64,000 bases of DNA from Octopus bimaculoides (taxonomy: Eukaryota). How positions within the stretch are numbered: the first letter of the stretch is position 1; every line of letters begins with the position of its first letter. Location of the stretch: contig NC_068981.1 of NCBI RefSeq assembly GCF_001194135.2, forward strand, positions 158,400,619 through 158,464,618. Direction: 5' to 3'. Position numbers and translations under genes: made by a program. The notes beneath the pieces were generated by a model, which was given only the letters and a program-made list of their open reading frames with translations, was not told the origin of the DNA and made no database searches. Below, piece after piece: positions 48,932 through 61,319 of the stretch.

Positions 48932-50694
48932 CAGTGTCTGCCGCGACAGATTCCTGGAGTGCCACGAAAAATATTTTCGGGATTTACGGAAAACAACGAT
49001 CCAAGAACATTCGTATGATTTGTTTAACAACACTCTCAAATGAAACGATAGTTCCCAGTAAACTTCAACGTCATTTATTAACATTCATCTGCAACATAAG
49101 GACAAACCAAAAGAATACTTTGAGATGCTAAAAAAATAATTTAAAAGATCAATCAAAAAGGCTGAAGAAATTTCTCTCAATTCCCGAAAAAGCTAAAACC
49201 GCTAGTTATAAGATTGCCTAGCTTTTGACAAAGAAAATAAAACCACATTCTGATGCCAAAAACATTATTTTACCAGCCTTGGAAATCGCCGTTAGCACAA
49301 TGATTAGTAAAGAAACCGTCAAACAAATTGAGACCATTCCTTTGTCTGCCCACACGATTTCTCGTAAAATTCAAGGACATTTCATGAGACATTGATGATC
49401 AGCTCCGCGAACATTTAACTGAAGCAAAAAAATGAACTCGAAAGCTTATGGGCCTTACAAATCGATGTAAGTACAGACATCAGCAACAAAGCTCAACTAA
49501 TTTCATTTCTGCGAATCATCAGAGGTGGTAAAATCATAAGTGAGTTTTTTTTTTGTTGTGAATTGAAGGAAAGAACGACTGGAGATGTCTTTAACCTGGT
49601 AAACCAAAATGTATTGAGAGGGATGCAGTAGCAAATTTGTATTAGCGTTTGTACTGATGGCGCCCTATCCATGCAGAATCGAAAAAAATGGCTTCCTGGC
49701 TCATATATTACAAAAAAATTCACAAGTTAAAATTGTACATTGCATGATTCACCGCGAAGTTTTGGTGTCAAAATTTTTACCTGATGGCCTCCTGAAGACG
49801 ATGGACAGCGTTGTTAAAGTGGTGAATACATAAAATCGCATTCCCTACGGTGCAGACTTTTTGCACCCCTATATGAAACTATGGGCTTTCATATTGAGTG
49901 TTTTCTGCTTCATACAGAATTACGATGGCTCTCGAAAGGAAAAGTGCTCTCTCGATTTACCTCTTTGCGAACTGAAATGATATGTTTCTTCGATGCTGAA
50001 AATTCTGGATTTGAATTTCTTAACGATGATAATTTGTGGCTAGAAGTCGTATTTCTCAACGATCTTTTTGAGAAGTTGGACGTTTTAAATTTGTGTCTGC
50101 AAGGAGCGAACGAAAATATTATTACAATTACAGGCAAATTAAAATCTTTCATCGACAAGTTAGAACTGTGGATAAGGAAATTTAAAAACTCGCAGCCTGA
50201 TTGCTTCCCAAGCGTAAAGGCTTTTCAAAACAGATTTGAAATTTTGTCAGAAGTGCAGAAGACAGTTGAAAACCTCTCTGTATCATTTTCTAAGTATTTT
50301 CCATCACTTGATTATCAAATGTACGAGTGGGTCATCAATCCTTTCGCAAGATACGACAGTACACTTCTGCCATTAACATTAACTGACGAAAATTTAATAG
50401 ACATGGAAAACGATCCTGTGCACAAAGCCTCATTTTCTGTGCTAGAATTGTCAGAATTTTGGATTTCACTTTGGAGCCAATATCCTCGATTAACTACTAC
50501 AGCCGTTACATCTCTGTTTCCCTTTGTATCATCCTATCTTCGCGAATTAGGCATCACTGCACTTATAGAAATGAAGTAAAAAAAAATGGGAATGATTACG
50601 AATGGTATATGAGGAGTTACTTAATTGTTTATCTAATTTAGAGCCGCGTTTTGACAAAATTCTTCCTCAAAATTCATTGTATCCTTCTCACTAA
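48932..50694 (+). mobile_element. hAT transposon, Buster/Charlie group (ZBED5/ZBED8-like transposase), degenerate; right end probably in the N gap at 51034-51548
   Basis: Starts CAGTG after GTCTAGAG (nnnTAnnn Buster-type target). Broken frames: CLTTLSNETIVPSKLQRH...IPLSAHTISRKI...LQIDVSTDISNKAQL...CTDGALSM...VHCMIHRE, then ORF 49881-50579 LLHTELRWLSKGKVLSRF...FLNDLFEKLDVLNLCLQG...EWVINPF...LFPFVSSYLRELGITAL, ending PSH*. Confidence 0.92.
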
Positions 50695-50720
50695 AAACAT
50701 TATTATTGTCTTATATTAGC

Positions 50721-50782
<62 letters not shown>

Positions 50783-51548
50783 ATTATATGTATTTATTTT
50801 CTCTTAGTTAACAATTAACTCAGACAAAACAAATTGATTAATAGATACCAGGTAGCAAAGATCACAAAATGACTGTGGTGTAACTCCTGTTTATGAGGTA
50901 GAAACTCCCTGTTAGTTTGGGGTATTTGAGTAAATATAAAATTTAATAAATGGAGTATTACGCATATGTTAAATGAATTCTTTTATTTCCGACATATGTT
51001 TCGAAGATTACAAATGGTTCCTTCCAAAGGAATNNNNNNNNNNNNNNNNNNNNNNNNNNNNNNNNNNNNNNNNNNNNNNNNNNNNNNNNNNNNNNNNNNN
51101 NNNNNNNNNNNNNNNNNNNNNNNNNNNNNNNNNNNNNNNNNNNNNNNNNNNNNNNNNNNNNNNNNNNNNNNNNNNNNNNNNNNNNNNNNNNNNNNNNNNN
51201 NNNNNNNNNNNNNNNNNNNNNNNNNNNNNNNNNNNNNNNNNNNNNNNNNNNNNNNNNNNNNNNNNNNNNNNNNNNNNNNNNNNNNNNNNNNNNNNNNNNN
51301 NNNNNNNNNNNNNNNNNNNNNNNNNNNNNNNNNNNNNNNNNNNNNNNNNNNNNNNNNNNNNNNNNNNNNNNNNNNNNNNNNNNNNNNNNNNNNNNNNNNN
51401 NNNNNNNNNNNNNNNNNNNNNNNNNNNNNNNNNNNNNNNNNNNNNNNNNNNNNNNNNNNNNNNNNNNNNNNNNNNNNNNNNNNNNNNNNNNNNNNNNNNN
51501 NNNNNNNNNNNNNNNNNNNNNNNNNNNNNNNNNNNNNNNNNNNNNNNN

Positions 51549-51712
51549 CGATTGCATCAACCTCAGTACTCAACTGGTACTATCTTATTAACCTGAGAGA
51601 ATGAAAAGTAAAATTGTCTTCGGCGGAATTTGAACTCAGAACATGAAAACGGATGAAATGCTGCTAAGAATTTATGCTCAGCGTGCTCATGATTCTGCCA
51701 GCTCGCCTCCTA
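51549..51712 (-). repeat. Nin-type SINE
   Basis: aaattgtcttcggcggaatttgaactcagaac...gattctgccagctcgcc. Confidence 0.8.
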
Positions 51713-51759
51713 TCAATAAATCATAAACTATTAAATGTTAGTAAGTATTATTAAATTAT

Positions 51760-52146
51760 TTTATTTGTTTCAGTAATTTGACTGCGGCTATGCTGGAGCA
51801 CCGCCTTTAGTCGAACAAATCGACCTCAGGACTTATTCTTTGTAAGCCTAGTACTTATTTTATCGGTGTCTTTTGCCGAACCGTTAAGTTACGGGGACGT
51901 AAACATACCAGCATCGATTATCAAGCGATGATTGGGGAACAAACACAGACATGCAAACATATACACACATACACACATATATATATACGACGGGCTTCTT
52001 TCAGTTTTCGTCTACCAGATCCACTCACAAGGCTTTGGCCGGCCCGAGGCCATAGTAGAAGACACTTGCCCAAGGTGCTACGCAGTGGGACTGAACCCGG
52101 AACCATGTGGTTGTTAAGCAAGCTACTTACCACACAGCCACTCCTA
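51760..52146 (-). repeat. Near full-length tRNA-head SINE
   Basis: Reverse-complement head AGGAGTGGCTGTGTGGTAAGTAGCTTGCTTAACAACCACATGGTTCCGGGTTCAGTCCC, then CCTTGGGCAAGTGTCTT, a microsatellite middle, and tail ...CAGTCAAATTACTGAAACAAAT. Confidence 0.9.
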
Positions 52147-52668
52147 TTTTTTTTATTTATTCAATTGTTTTATTATTTGTGGTCTTTGTATTACATGGTG
52201 TATCTCAAACACATGACGTAAGATCCTTAAGTCTATGAAACACTCATAGTATTAGGTGCCGATCCTATGAACCTCGACTTGTATCAAAACCTACAGGTTC
52301 CTTAAGTAATGGCATCGCTATGTGGGTAAGGCGCTTGACTTGCAATCACGTGATTTCAAGTTCAGTCCTACTATGCGATACTTTGGGCAAGCGTCTTCAA
52401 TGCCTTGTGATTGGATTTAGTTGACGGAAACTGTATGAAACTCTTACACACAACACCAGCTGTCAAGTAGTGGCGGGGGGCACAGAAGTACATAGAAATA
52501 TCCATACATAGATACATACATACATACATACATACATACATACATAGATATATATATACGTGTGTTTGTGTATAATATGGGCTTCTTCTTTCAGTTTCCG
52601 TCTACCAAGTCTACTCACAAGGGGGATACAGTAGAAAATGCTTGCCCGAGATGCCATGCAGTAGGATT

Positions 52669-52825
52669 CAGGGGCGGACACAAGGGGGGCGATGAGGGGA
52701 CACGTGCCCCACTCAAGAAAATAAGTGCACCCTTCTAAATAATGTTATTACGCCCTTTTCTCCTGGAATTATATTCCCTTCTGACCTTGTGCCCTCCCTT
52801 CGAAAAATTCCTGGGACCGCGCCAG
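52669..52825. mobile_element. Small GC-ended MITE (157 bp) inserted in a SINE head
   Basis: Imperfect TIRs caggggcggacacaagg and cctgggaccgcgccag. GGATT lies directly on both sides (52664-52668 and 52826-52830). The SINE sequence resumes on either side. Confidence 0.6.
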
Positions 52826-53875
52826 GGATTGAACCTGGAATCCTGTGGTTGGGAAGCAAGTTCCTTATCTCACAACGACATTTACATAATTTCATATGGT
52901 TAAAAAACGAACATTCGTTAAGAATCCAAATAGAATCCTACGTAATATAATTGATTCCAAGAAAAACAGATAACTCATAACACAGAGAATAGGAACAAAT
53001 ACTGCAAGACATGAAATTTTCAGCCAGTTAATTATTACTAGTACTTATTTTATCGATAGTGGGGTAGTGGTGGTGGTGGTGGTGATAGTGGTGATTGGAT
53101 GGTGGTGGCGGAGAAGGAGGAAACCACGATGAAAAGCAAAGTGAATATTTAATAAAGAGCAGCACGAAGTCAATATATCAGGAGTGAGATATATTCTTTC
53201 CAAACGATTTATTTCTGTCCTTCTCCCCCACCCCACCACCACCATCACCACCGGACTAAATGACATCGTATAATGACAAGTCCAGACTAGAAGAGAATTG
53301 TCGTCTGATAACACTGGTGGTGACTTTCAACTTACTGAAGAGTGGATAGAGTCTACAAAACAGTTAACTATTTAGCAAAATTAAGTGTCAATCAATAGTG
53401 GACAGTCATTTTAAATTTCAGAGATGAAAGAAAGAGTAATTTCAGGCGAGAAAGAGAGATGGAGATTAGAGTAAGAGAGTGAGAGTGGGAGGAGAGAGAG
53501 TCGTGCGAAAAAATAAGGTAAGGTGAATAGGAGAGGAGAATTGTGGGAGTAAGTAGCGAGCAGACAAGATACGCAAGCATCGGAGAAAGGGGCCAGGCTA
53601 CTTCGTACTTAAGAGGATTGTATATATATATTGCTGCTATTTTGTTAAACTGTCGTATGTCCAAATTTGGCCAAAAGCGATTTTTTTCAATATTTATTTT
53701 TGCTTGCAATAGCCGGTTCTTTTGGTCAAACTGTCCTATCTCCAGCTGCTTCAGATGCCAATATATCAAAAACTGTCAAAAATTAGTGCAGCGATTTTAC
53801 TATGGAATGGTGAAACTATTTTTCGTTTTCTGAAAAAGCAACGTTTTGGACTTACGACACTTTTGCATAATAGCA

Positions 53876-54480
53876 ACGCTACTTTTCGCCTTCCTTCTTG
53901 ACCATTCGTGAGTCAAAGGAGCATGCAATATCAATTATATAGCACATGTGGTGCACCTTGTCCACCACCACTAGGTCCAGTTTGTGATGCTCTAACACCT
54001 GATCTGTTTGGAGTAGGAAATCCCAGGGTATTTTGCTAGTCTCCAACTCCGCTACTCTCTGCAGTTTGCGCTCATACCACGTCTTGCCTCTCTCTAGACC
54101 CCACATTTTACAAAGTTTCCAGTGTTGCACTTTCGCTACCTCACCGTGTCGTCACAATTAGTAATGGTTCTGGATAAGTCTAAGGCGTTTGTTCACGATA
54201 TAGGCTATGGTTTCGTCCACTCTATCACAGATGCGACACAGTGGAGATACTTGCTCGTTCCTAAGGTTGACCCTCCAGTTTGTGACCAAAGCTTGGTCTT
54301 GCGCTGCCAGTCTCTTTTTTTCAGTGCTCCTTTCTTCAGAAAGTCCCACCTATGTTTTCCAGAAACTTGTTGCATAATGCTTCTTCATGTCCTTTTTGTA
54401 CTTCTTGCTTTTTGTTTTCCGCCTTTTCTCTGCGTTCAATACGCCCTCATTCCCAACTATACTATTAAGGTTTCCTTACT
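53876..54480 (-). mobile_element. R4/Dong-like non-LTR retrotransposon C-terminal fragment (zinc knuckle plus restriction-like endonuclease)
   Basis: WDFLKKGALKK...AAQDQAL...CRICDRVDETIAYIV...HWKLCKMWGL...WYE...KIPWDFLLQTDQVLEHHKLDLVVVDK...CYIIDIACSFDSRMVKKEGEK matches the CCHC and PD-D RLE region of R4-clade elements, now decayed. Confidence 0.85.
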
Positions 54481-54762
54481 TTGGGATAGGTATCTCAGTA
54501 AGCTCCCGAGTTCGATATGTACTTAGTTTTCCACACTTATCAGCCCCTTCCTCTATTTGCTCTCTGATTATAATTATTGTTGATGTTGTTGCTGCTGTTG
54601 TTGTTGTTCCTATTGTTGTTGTTGTTGTTGTTATATACGTATATACATGTATGTGTGTGTGTATGCATATACATTTTTATGAATGTATGTATCGTTTATT
54701 TATTCTTCTTAGACATATATTTACATAGAGCTCGAATCAAAGGAATCAAAGGATTCATATAA

Positions 54763-54921
54763 TCAGGAGTGGCTGGGTGGTAAGTAGCTTGCTTACCAAC
54801 CACATGATTCCGGGTTCAGTCCCTCTGCGTGGCACCTTGGGCAAGCATCTTCTACTATAGCCTCGGGCCAACCAAAGCCTTGTGAGTGGATTTGGTAGAC
54901 GAAAACTGAAAGAAGCCCGTC

Positions 54922-54956
<35 letters not shown>

Positions 54957-56190
54957 AGAACGACCGTGCGAACCAAAAGGAGAAATGGTGACGAATGGAA
55001 AAACAGGGCTCCTTTATTAAACGCGTCACACGATCGAACACAAAATATAAGATGATAAATTATGTTATAATGCTATAACATAGAGAATTCGTAAATGCCA
55101 GTAAGGACAAGATAGGACTCAACCGATGAAGATGAATAACAGTAGAATTTATTGGAGCATTAAATCGTATGTCTGTGTGTGAGTGTGAATGCGACATAAT
55201 AAAACACAATATAAGACAGGCCGTCATGTAAACAAAAGAGTGTGTGTACAAATATGTATGTGTATGTAAGAGTTACAGAGTATAGAATAGAGTCAGTAAG
55301 ACGTATTAGAATTTACCAGTTCTTAGAGTACACAGTGGTATTATAGGTCTGTATATAAGAAGTTAAGGCGTGTGGGCAGAGCGATCACTCGTCGTGATGT
55401 TAGGGCTTCAATGCCGGGCCGGGTTCTTGAATACAGATGTTCTTCGCAGGCTGGGTTCTTGTCTGTTATTTTTCGTGGTGAAAAAATCACACAAACAGGG
55501 TTAGAAGTGCTGCTGTTAGCGGTTGGTAGCTTGTGTACGTGTAGAGTCATGTTGACGCTGGCGGCGATGCTGGTAGTCATAGAGTCGTGTTGCTGCTGGC
55601 GACGTCGGGGGCGATGCTTGTAGTTCGTAGTTGAAGTGGTTGTCGATGTCGTCGCTGGAAACTGGCTGGCTGTGTTACGCGTGTGTGGTCGGAACGACCA
55701 GATCTAAGATCTGAGCCGCGACGAATTTGCCGGGTGTCTAGCAGGCTATTTATAGCTGAAGGTAGGCTCCAGAGAAGCATTAGAAAAACACTCTCACGTG
55801 ACCTTATTAGGGGCTATGGTTGGTCAGTTTGCGTCCTGGGGCGAACGGGTGGAGATAATTTACCCGCGCAAAGAATAGTCAGTCAGGTGATGACAGGGAA
55901 AGAGATGCTTCTACTACGCTCGCGTTTGTTTGTATATAATGGTGAAAAATGGTTTCACTACATATATATATATGTATGTGTGTTTGTGTGGCTATGTCTG
56001 TCCCCCCACCATCGCTTGACAACCGCTGCTGGTGTGTTTACGTCTCCGTAACTTAGCGGTTCGGCAAAAAGAGACCGATAGAATAAGTACTAGGCTTACA
56101 AAGAATAAGTCCTGGGGTCGATTTTCTCGACTAAAAGGTGGTGCTCCAGCATGGCTGCAGTCAAATGACTGAAACAAGTAAAAGAGTAAT
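54763..56190 (+). repeat. tRNA-head SINE split by a solo LTR (head 54763-54952, tail 55963-56190)
   Basis: Head aggagtggctgggtggtaagtagc...gaagcccgtcgtatata and tail gtccccccaccatcgcttgacaacc...gaaacaagtaaaagagt are contiguous in uninterrupted copies. Confidence 0.88.
54953..55962 (-). mobile_element. Solo LTR (1010 bp) inserted in a (TA)n tract
   Basis: Termini TGTAAG...CTACA (TGTA/TACA) with TA repeats on both sides. On the minus strand there is a TATA box (gctataaata, about 55748-55757) and an AATAAA about 60 bp from the 3' end. Confidence 0.75.
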
Positions 56191-57888
56191 AAATGCAACA
56201 TTCGAGGCATGCACCCCAAATTAATAACAACAGAGAACTATATTCACAACACATAGTTGCAAAATACTGTAAAGTGTCATTATAATGAAGTGCTATGAAC
56301 TATAGTTGCCATTTGTTATTTGGGCAGTTATGAGTAATGTGTAATATAACCGTTGCGCAATTGATAACTGTGGAGGAGAGCATTCGCAATAAATAAAGCA
56401 CAGCCACAAAATGACATTGTGGTGAAATATTAAGAGCTGTATTCAGTTTTCTTATATTTTGACAATTATGAATGATGTTTAATATAACTGTATCTAGTTT
56501 CTCTGCCGTCTTAAGGTTATTATATAATGTGCTTGGTATATTACTATGAGCAACGCTCGGTTTTGGGTAAACATGAATAATGCTGCGTGGCTCTCTGGTG
56601 ACGTAAGTGAGTGTATGTCTCTGTGCGCAGGTACTGCAACAGTAGGTAGCTGATGTTTTTTTTTAATACAAGCCGTGGTACAAGAATATGGTGCGACTCC
56701 CTAATGGATTATGGTTGTGTAATAGTTCGTTCTAGACTTACTATTATCCGTCTTTAATGTTCGAGCACAGTTGTGCGGCTTTTTGGGGGGTCTTTTAATT
56801 GTGTAATAATTGTCCACTTCGGTGTTGCTAAATGAAACTGTGATCCTTTTAGGCTCTTTTTCAAGCTTTTAACGGATCAAATCTGAGACCATGTCCATAG
56901 CTACAATGATTGGGGCATATCCTTGCAGTTTCTGCACTGGCCTCTCGTTCTCTATTGTTGCTAGATTGTGATTATTTCATGAAATGGTTTAATATCTCAT
57001 TCGTGTAATAGGTGTCGGCAGAATGGAGTGAGGTTGGTTCTTAAAAGCGAGTCTTTGGGAGCACAGTTCGGGTATAGAATAAATTTGTGTGATATAGGAC
57101 TGGGAGATGGAGTTGGGGGGAAAAAATGAAGAAATTTTTTAAAAAAAGAGTGTAAGGGAGTAAAATGAGTGTGGAATAGAAGAGAGCGATCAAAAAAGTG
57201 GAAGGTCAAACAAAAGGGTTAATTTGAGCTGGCTGAATTTAGTGATCGGTCGGGACGAAGATATGCTTGACGCTTTGTAGTTTGAAGAATTTATGTTAAG
57301 TCAAAAGAAGGTTTCTTCAATTCGTTGAGGCTATGTGGAAGTGTGTGGAAGAGAAATTAAATATTTGTTTGAGTTGGCTGTGCGCGTGAATGTATATGTA
57401 TCGTACATGGTGTGTTGACGTGCGTTAAGAGTGTTCTGTATGCGTTCTGAAATTCTTCTAAGAAGATCAGCACATCTCTATCAAGCTGACTGGCATTTGT
57501 CAGATACCAGCATACGATATAACCTACAGTGAAATGTTCATCGCTAAGGCAGTACCCTGTAGAAACAATGGAATGCAACACAATGTATTTACCAACGAAG
57601 GAACTCTAATCCTTTTCTTTTTTAAACCCGTATCTTCTAAATAAACAAAAAATTGAGGTCACCTTATAGCAGAACAACCTATATACATGTTGTATATGAA
57701 CTAGAGGCTTTTCTTGGACACGTTGGAGGTGTTGTAGTCAACATATGGAAGATTTGAATCGTCCATTTGACACAATTCTATTTAGTATTTTCCTGTCAAG
57801 TATTTATTACATTTGCTTTATGTAATATATACTGAGTAAATATTACAATTGTATTAACGAAGAAATGTACATACGAGCGCGCGGGTAT

Positions 57889-58068
57889 CTCTTTTACTCT
57901 TTTACTTGTTTCAGTCCTTTGACTGTGGCCATGCTGGAGCACCGCCTTTAGTCGAGCAAATCGACCCCAGGACTTATTCTTTGTAAGCCTAGTACTTATT
58001 CTATCGGTCTCTTTTGCCGAACCGCTAAGTTACGGGGACATAAATACACCAGCATCGGTTGTCAAGCG
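57889..58068 (-). repeat. tRNA-head SINE tail running into an N gap
   Basis: cttttactcttttacttgtttcagtc...gccgaaccgctaagttacgggg...ggttgtcaagcg. Confidence 0.88.
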
Positions 58069-59427
58069 NNNNNNNNNNNNNNNNNNNNNNNNNNNNNNNN
58101 NNNNNNNNNNNNNNNNNNNNNNNNNNNNNNNNNNNNNNNNNNNNNNNNNNNNNNNNNNNNNNNNNNNNNNNNNNNNNNNNNNNNNNNNNNNNNNNNNNNN
58201 NNNNNNNNNNNNNNNNNNNNNNNNNNNNNNNNNNNNNNNNNNNNNNNNNNNNNNNNNNNNNNNNNNNNNNNNNNNNNNNNNNNNNNNNNNNNNNNNNNNN
58301 NNNNNNNNNNNNNNNNNNNNNNNNNNNNNNNNNNNNNNNNNNNNNNNNNNNNNNNNNNNNNNNNNNNNNNNNNNNNNNNNNNNNNNNNNNNNNNNNNNNN
58401 NNNNNNNNNNNNNNNNNNNNNNNNNNNNNNNNNNNNNNNNNNNNNNNNNNNNNNNNNNNNNNNNNNNNNNNNNNNNNNNNNNNNNNNNNNNNNNNNNNNN
58501 NNNNNNNNNNNNNNNNNNNNNNNNNNNNNNNNNNNNNNNNNNNNNNNNNNNNNNNNNNNNNNNNNNNNNNNNNNNNNNNNNNNNNNNNNNNNNNNNNNNN
58601 NNNNNNNNNNNNNNNNNNNNNNNNACATACATACATGTATGTATCATTGACGTTATTAGAATTTTTTAAACTTCGAAAGAACGTGAAATAATTCTTTTTT
58701 GTTTGCTTCGAGATCCACCATTCCAGAAAGGAAATTTACACACACATACATGCGCGCGCACTCACACACGCACACACACACACACACACACGTTTTATTC
58801 ATTAGTCTATAAATCCTTTCTTTCCCTTTGCGTATGAATCCAGTGGGGCCGTATATAAAGACTTTGTTACGAATGTCAGATTCTTTACTTGATTTCCCTC
58901 TCATTCTTTAACTTAAAAGTTAATCTCTATAAAAATTTGTTTTCATTCTAAGTTTACCAGGGTTACATTTCTTTCAACAAGTGTCACCATTCATTTATTT
59001 TATGAACTTTTTAGTACTTTTGTTATTGTTTTTGTTTTTCTGTAAATTTCTAACTACATTCTTTGTAGTAATCGCAGAACTTTTCTGTTTGGCTGCCAGT
59101 TTTCAATCTTCTCAATTTCTGTTCGAATTGATATGTTAATCAATGCCATGAAAATCATTTTCGCCGTAAATAAATAAATAACAGAGTTATTAGCAATTAA
59201 CGTTTTAAAATTTTGGGTCATTTTAGCCAATCGTAAGCCACATTCGTGCTTCTTTCCAAAGTAACAAGCCAAACATGAGAACTGCTTTGTCTGCGAAAAA
59301 GCACGTATTGACTAATATGTTCCAGTAATTGAGATAGTTGTCACATGTGCTAAAAATAGCAGCCAAATAGGCATTAAATTACGCACCAGAAGAGGATGCG
59401 GTTTCGTACTTGCAAGAAAAGGGTTGT

Positions 59428-59519
59428 AATGGCGCGAAATTATGGCCGCCATTAAGGAAGTACAATCTACGCGTGCGCAAGGGACTTGCCTTCCCGGAAG
59501 CCCCTCGAGTGCGCATGCA
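59428..59519. promoter_or_regulatory. CpG-rich cluster of promoter-type motifs
   Basis: GGCGCGAAA (E2F-like), GCCGCCATT (YY1-like), CCGGAAG (ETS-like) and TGCGCATGCA / ACGCGTGCGCA (NRF1-like) within about 90 bp. Motif match only. Confidence 0.3.
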
Positions 59520-59789
59520 TAGTAAAACCAGTACTTATAGCGCTTCTTTCGTTTTCTAAGCCTCTTTAGCATGATACCTTCGACGTGACAACTTGCTCCT
59601 TTGGCATGCCTCAACGAAGCTCTTAATATCTAGATGCCGACTACAAGATAACCAGCGGCTGCCAGGCTGAATAACGCAGGATTTGTAAAACCAAGCATCA
59701 CCAAAAATAAAACTTATTTTTATTATGTTGTTAATTGTTCTACTGTTTCTTAATATATAATTTTGTTGAAAGGTGATAGAGAGAGACTA

Positions 59790-60166
59790 ATGTCTCTATT
59801 GCAACTATCAACCTTTTACAGGGTGTTACACCCAAAAGAAAATTATGCAAAACGAAGAAGCGTTTTATCAGTACAAGAAAACGTGGTGGGAATATGTATT
59901 GGTGATGCACGTGCCAAGGATGTATGGAGTCTGTGTTAGTGAGGAAAGACACATGGTTTGGAGGTGGCACTCTTTCTCTTAGGACTGTAATGTTTTGCTT
60001 TTACCCATGGGTTAAGGAATTCACTTCAGTCCGGTTTTTGTGTTGAAGAACTGCGATGAGCCATTGCACAGCTGTTGATTATAACATCTATGTTAAGGAG
60101 GTATGTGCGGAGAACTTGCTCCGTCATCCAATTAAAGTTGGTGGTCCAGGGAAGAGTATTGAGATG
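59790..60166 (+). pseudogene. Merlin (ISXO2/IS1016-like) transposase N-terminal fragment
   Basis: ATINLLQGVTPKRKLCK...MYW*CTCQGCMESVLVRKDTWFGGGTLSLRTVMFCFYPWVKEFTSVRF, then after frameshifts CVEEL and MSHCTAVDYNIYVKEVCAENLLRHPIKVGGPGKSIEM. This matches the W(R)C-C zinc ribbon, the R K.TWF motif and the GGPGK.VEIDE motif of Merlin transposases. Truncated at the first catalytic D. Confidence 0.82.
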
Positions 60167-61147
60167 TTTGTATTTTTAAAAATATCTAATTCGTAATGTG
60201 CTATTTTGATTTTGGATAAATCTTTTAAGTTTGTGCTATAAGTTTCTTATTTTGAGAAACATTTAATTTGTAATGTTCTGTTTATCGCATTAAATATATA
60301 TTGAACGCTTAAAACTACAAAATACGTGTTGTCTACTCGGTGTTTTTTTTTTGTCATTGAGGTAGTTGCGAGGTATGCTAAAAATAACAGCTAAATAGGC
60401 CTTAAATCACGCATCCCCACAATTTTTTTGTTTGTTTTTGCATAATCGTATGAAGTCCTGCGTGTAGAATACAAATTCGCAAAAATTTTCTGAAAATTAA
60501 CCAAAAATAAAAATGTTATGAGGGGTTATACGTGCGTAATTCATTTGTTTACGGTTTCATACAAAAACACAAGTGCTATTTTCAGGATGTTAACAAAATG
60601 TGCAGTCACACACAAAATGACAGCTTCCAAATCCTGTTTCCTGACTGGGTGAAAATGATCAAACTTTAAACATCTATAACTTTTTTTTTTAAAATTTTCA
60701 ATAAACTTTAATTTTTGGAATCTTGGCAGCCAAACAGAAAAGATACGTAATTGCTTCTGTTTTAACTATTTTTCACCAATTTCCATTTTCTTACTTAAAA
60801 TGTTGGGCATTATATACTCTTCAGTTTATATAGTGCTTCAGAACTATTATAGTATTGTCTTTAGCTCGCAATCTATTTATGTATACTACTTTTACTTTCC
60901 TATTTATCTATTTTTCTCTACTTATCACTCCATTCTTATTATTTAATTTTAGTTATATCCTTTCCACTTCTTCCAACCTACTCCTTATTCACATAATATA
61001 GTTTTTCCTTATCTATGTTCTCTTCTTTATTCAGATACATATAATTTTCTGTATCTGCATCATCCTCCTTATTTACATTAACATATTTCTCTTTCTTTAG
61101 CATCCCACTCGCGCATTCCAGGTATCTCTCTCCAGATACACAACTCT

Positions 61148-61307
61148 ACTATCGACCCCAGTACGCAAATGGTACTTAATTTATCGACCTCGAAAGGATG
61201 AAAGGCAAAGTCGACCTCGGCGGAATTTGAACTCAGAACGTAAAGACAAACGAAATACCGCTAAACATTTCGCCCGGCGTGCTAACGTTTCTGCCGGCTT
61301 GCCGCCG
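61148..61307 (-). repeat. Young Nin-type SINE
   Basis: cgaccccagtacgcaaatggtacttaatttatcgacctcgaaaggatgaaaggcaaagtcgacctcggcggaatttgaactcagaacg. Confidence 0.9.
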
Positions 61308-61319
61308 TACAAACGACAA

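Noticed and set aside
49881-50579. Domesticated ZBED-type host gene (232-aa ORF)
   Set aside because: The upstream transposase frames have many stops and frameshifts, and a TIR-like end with a Buster-type target site is retained. This fits a dead transposon.
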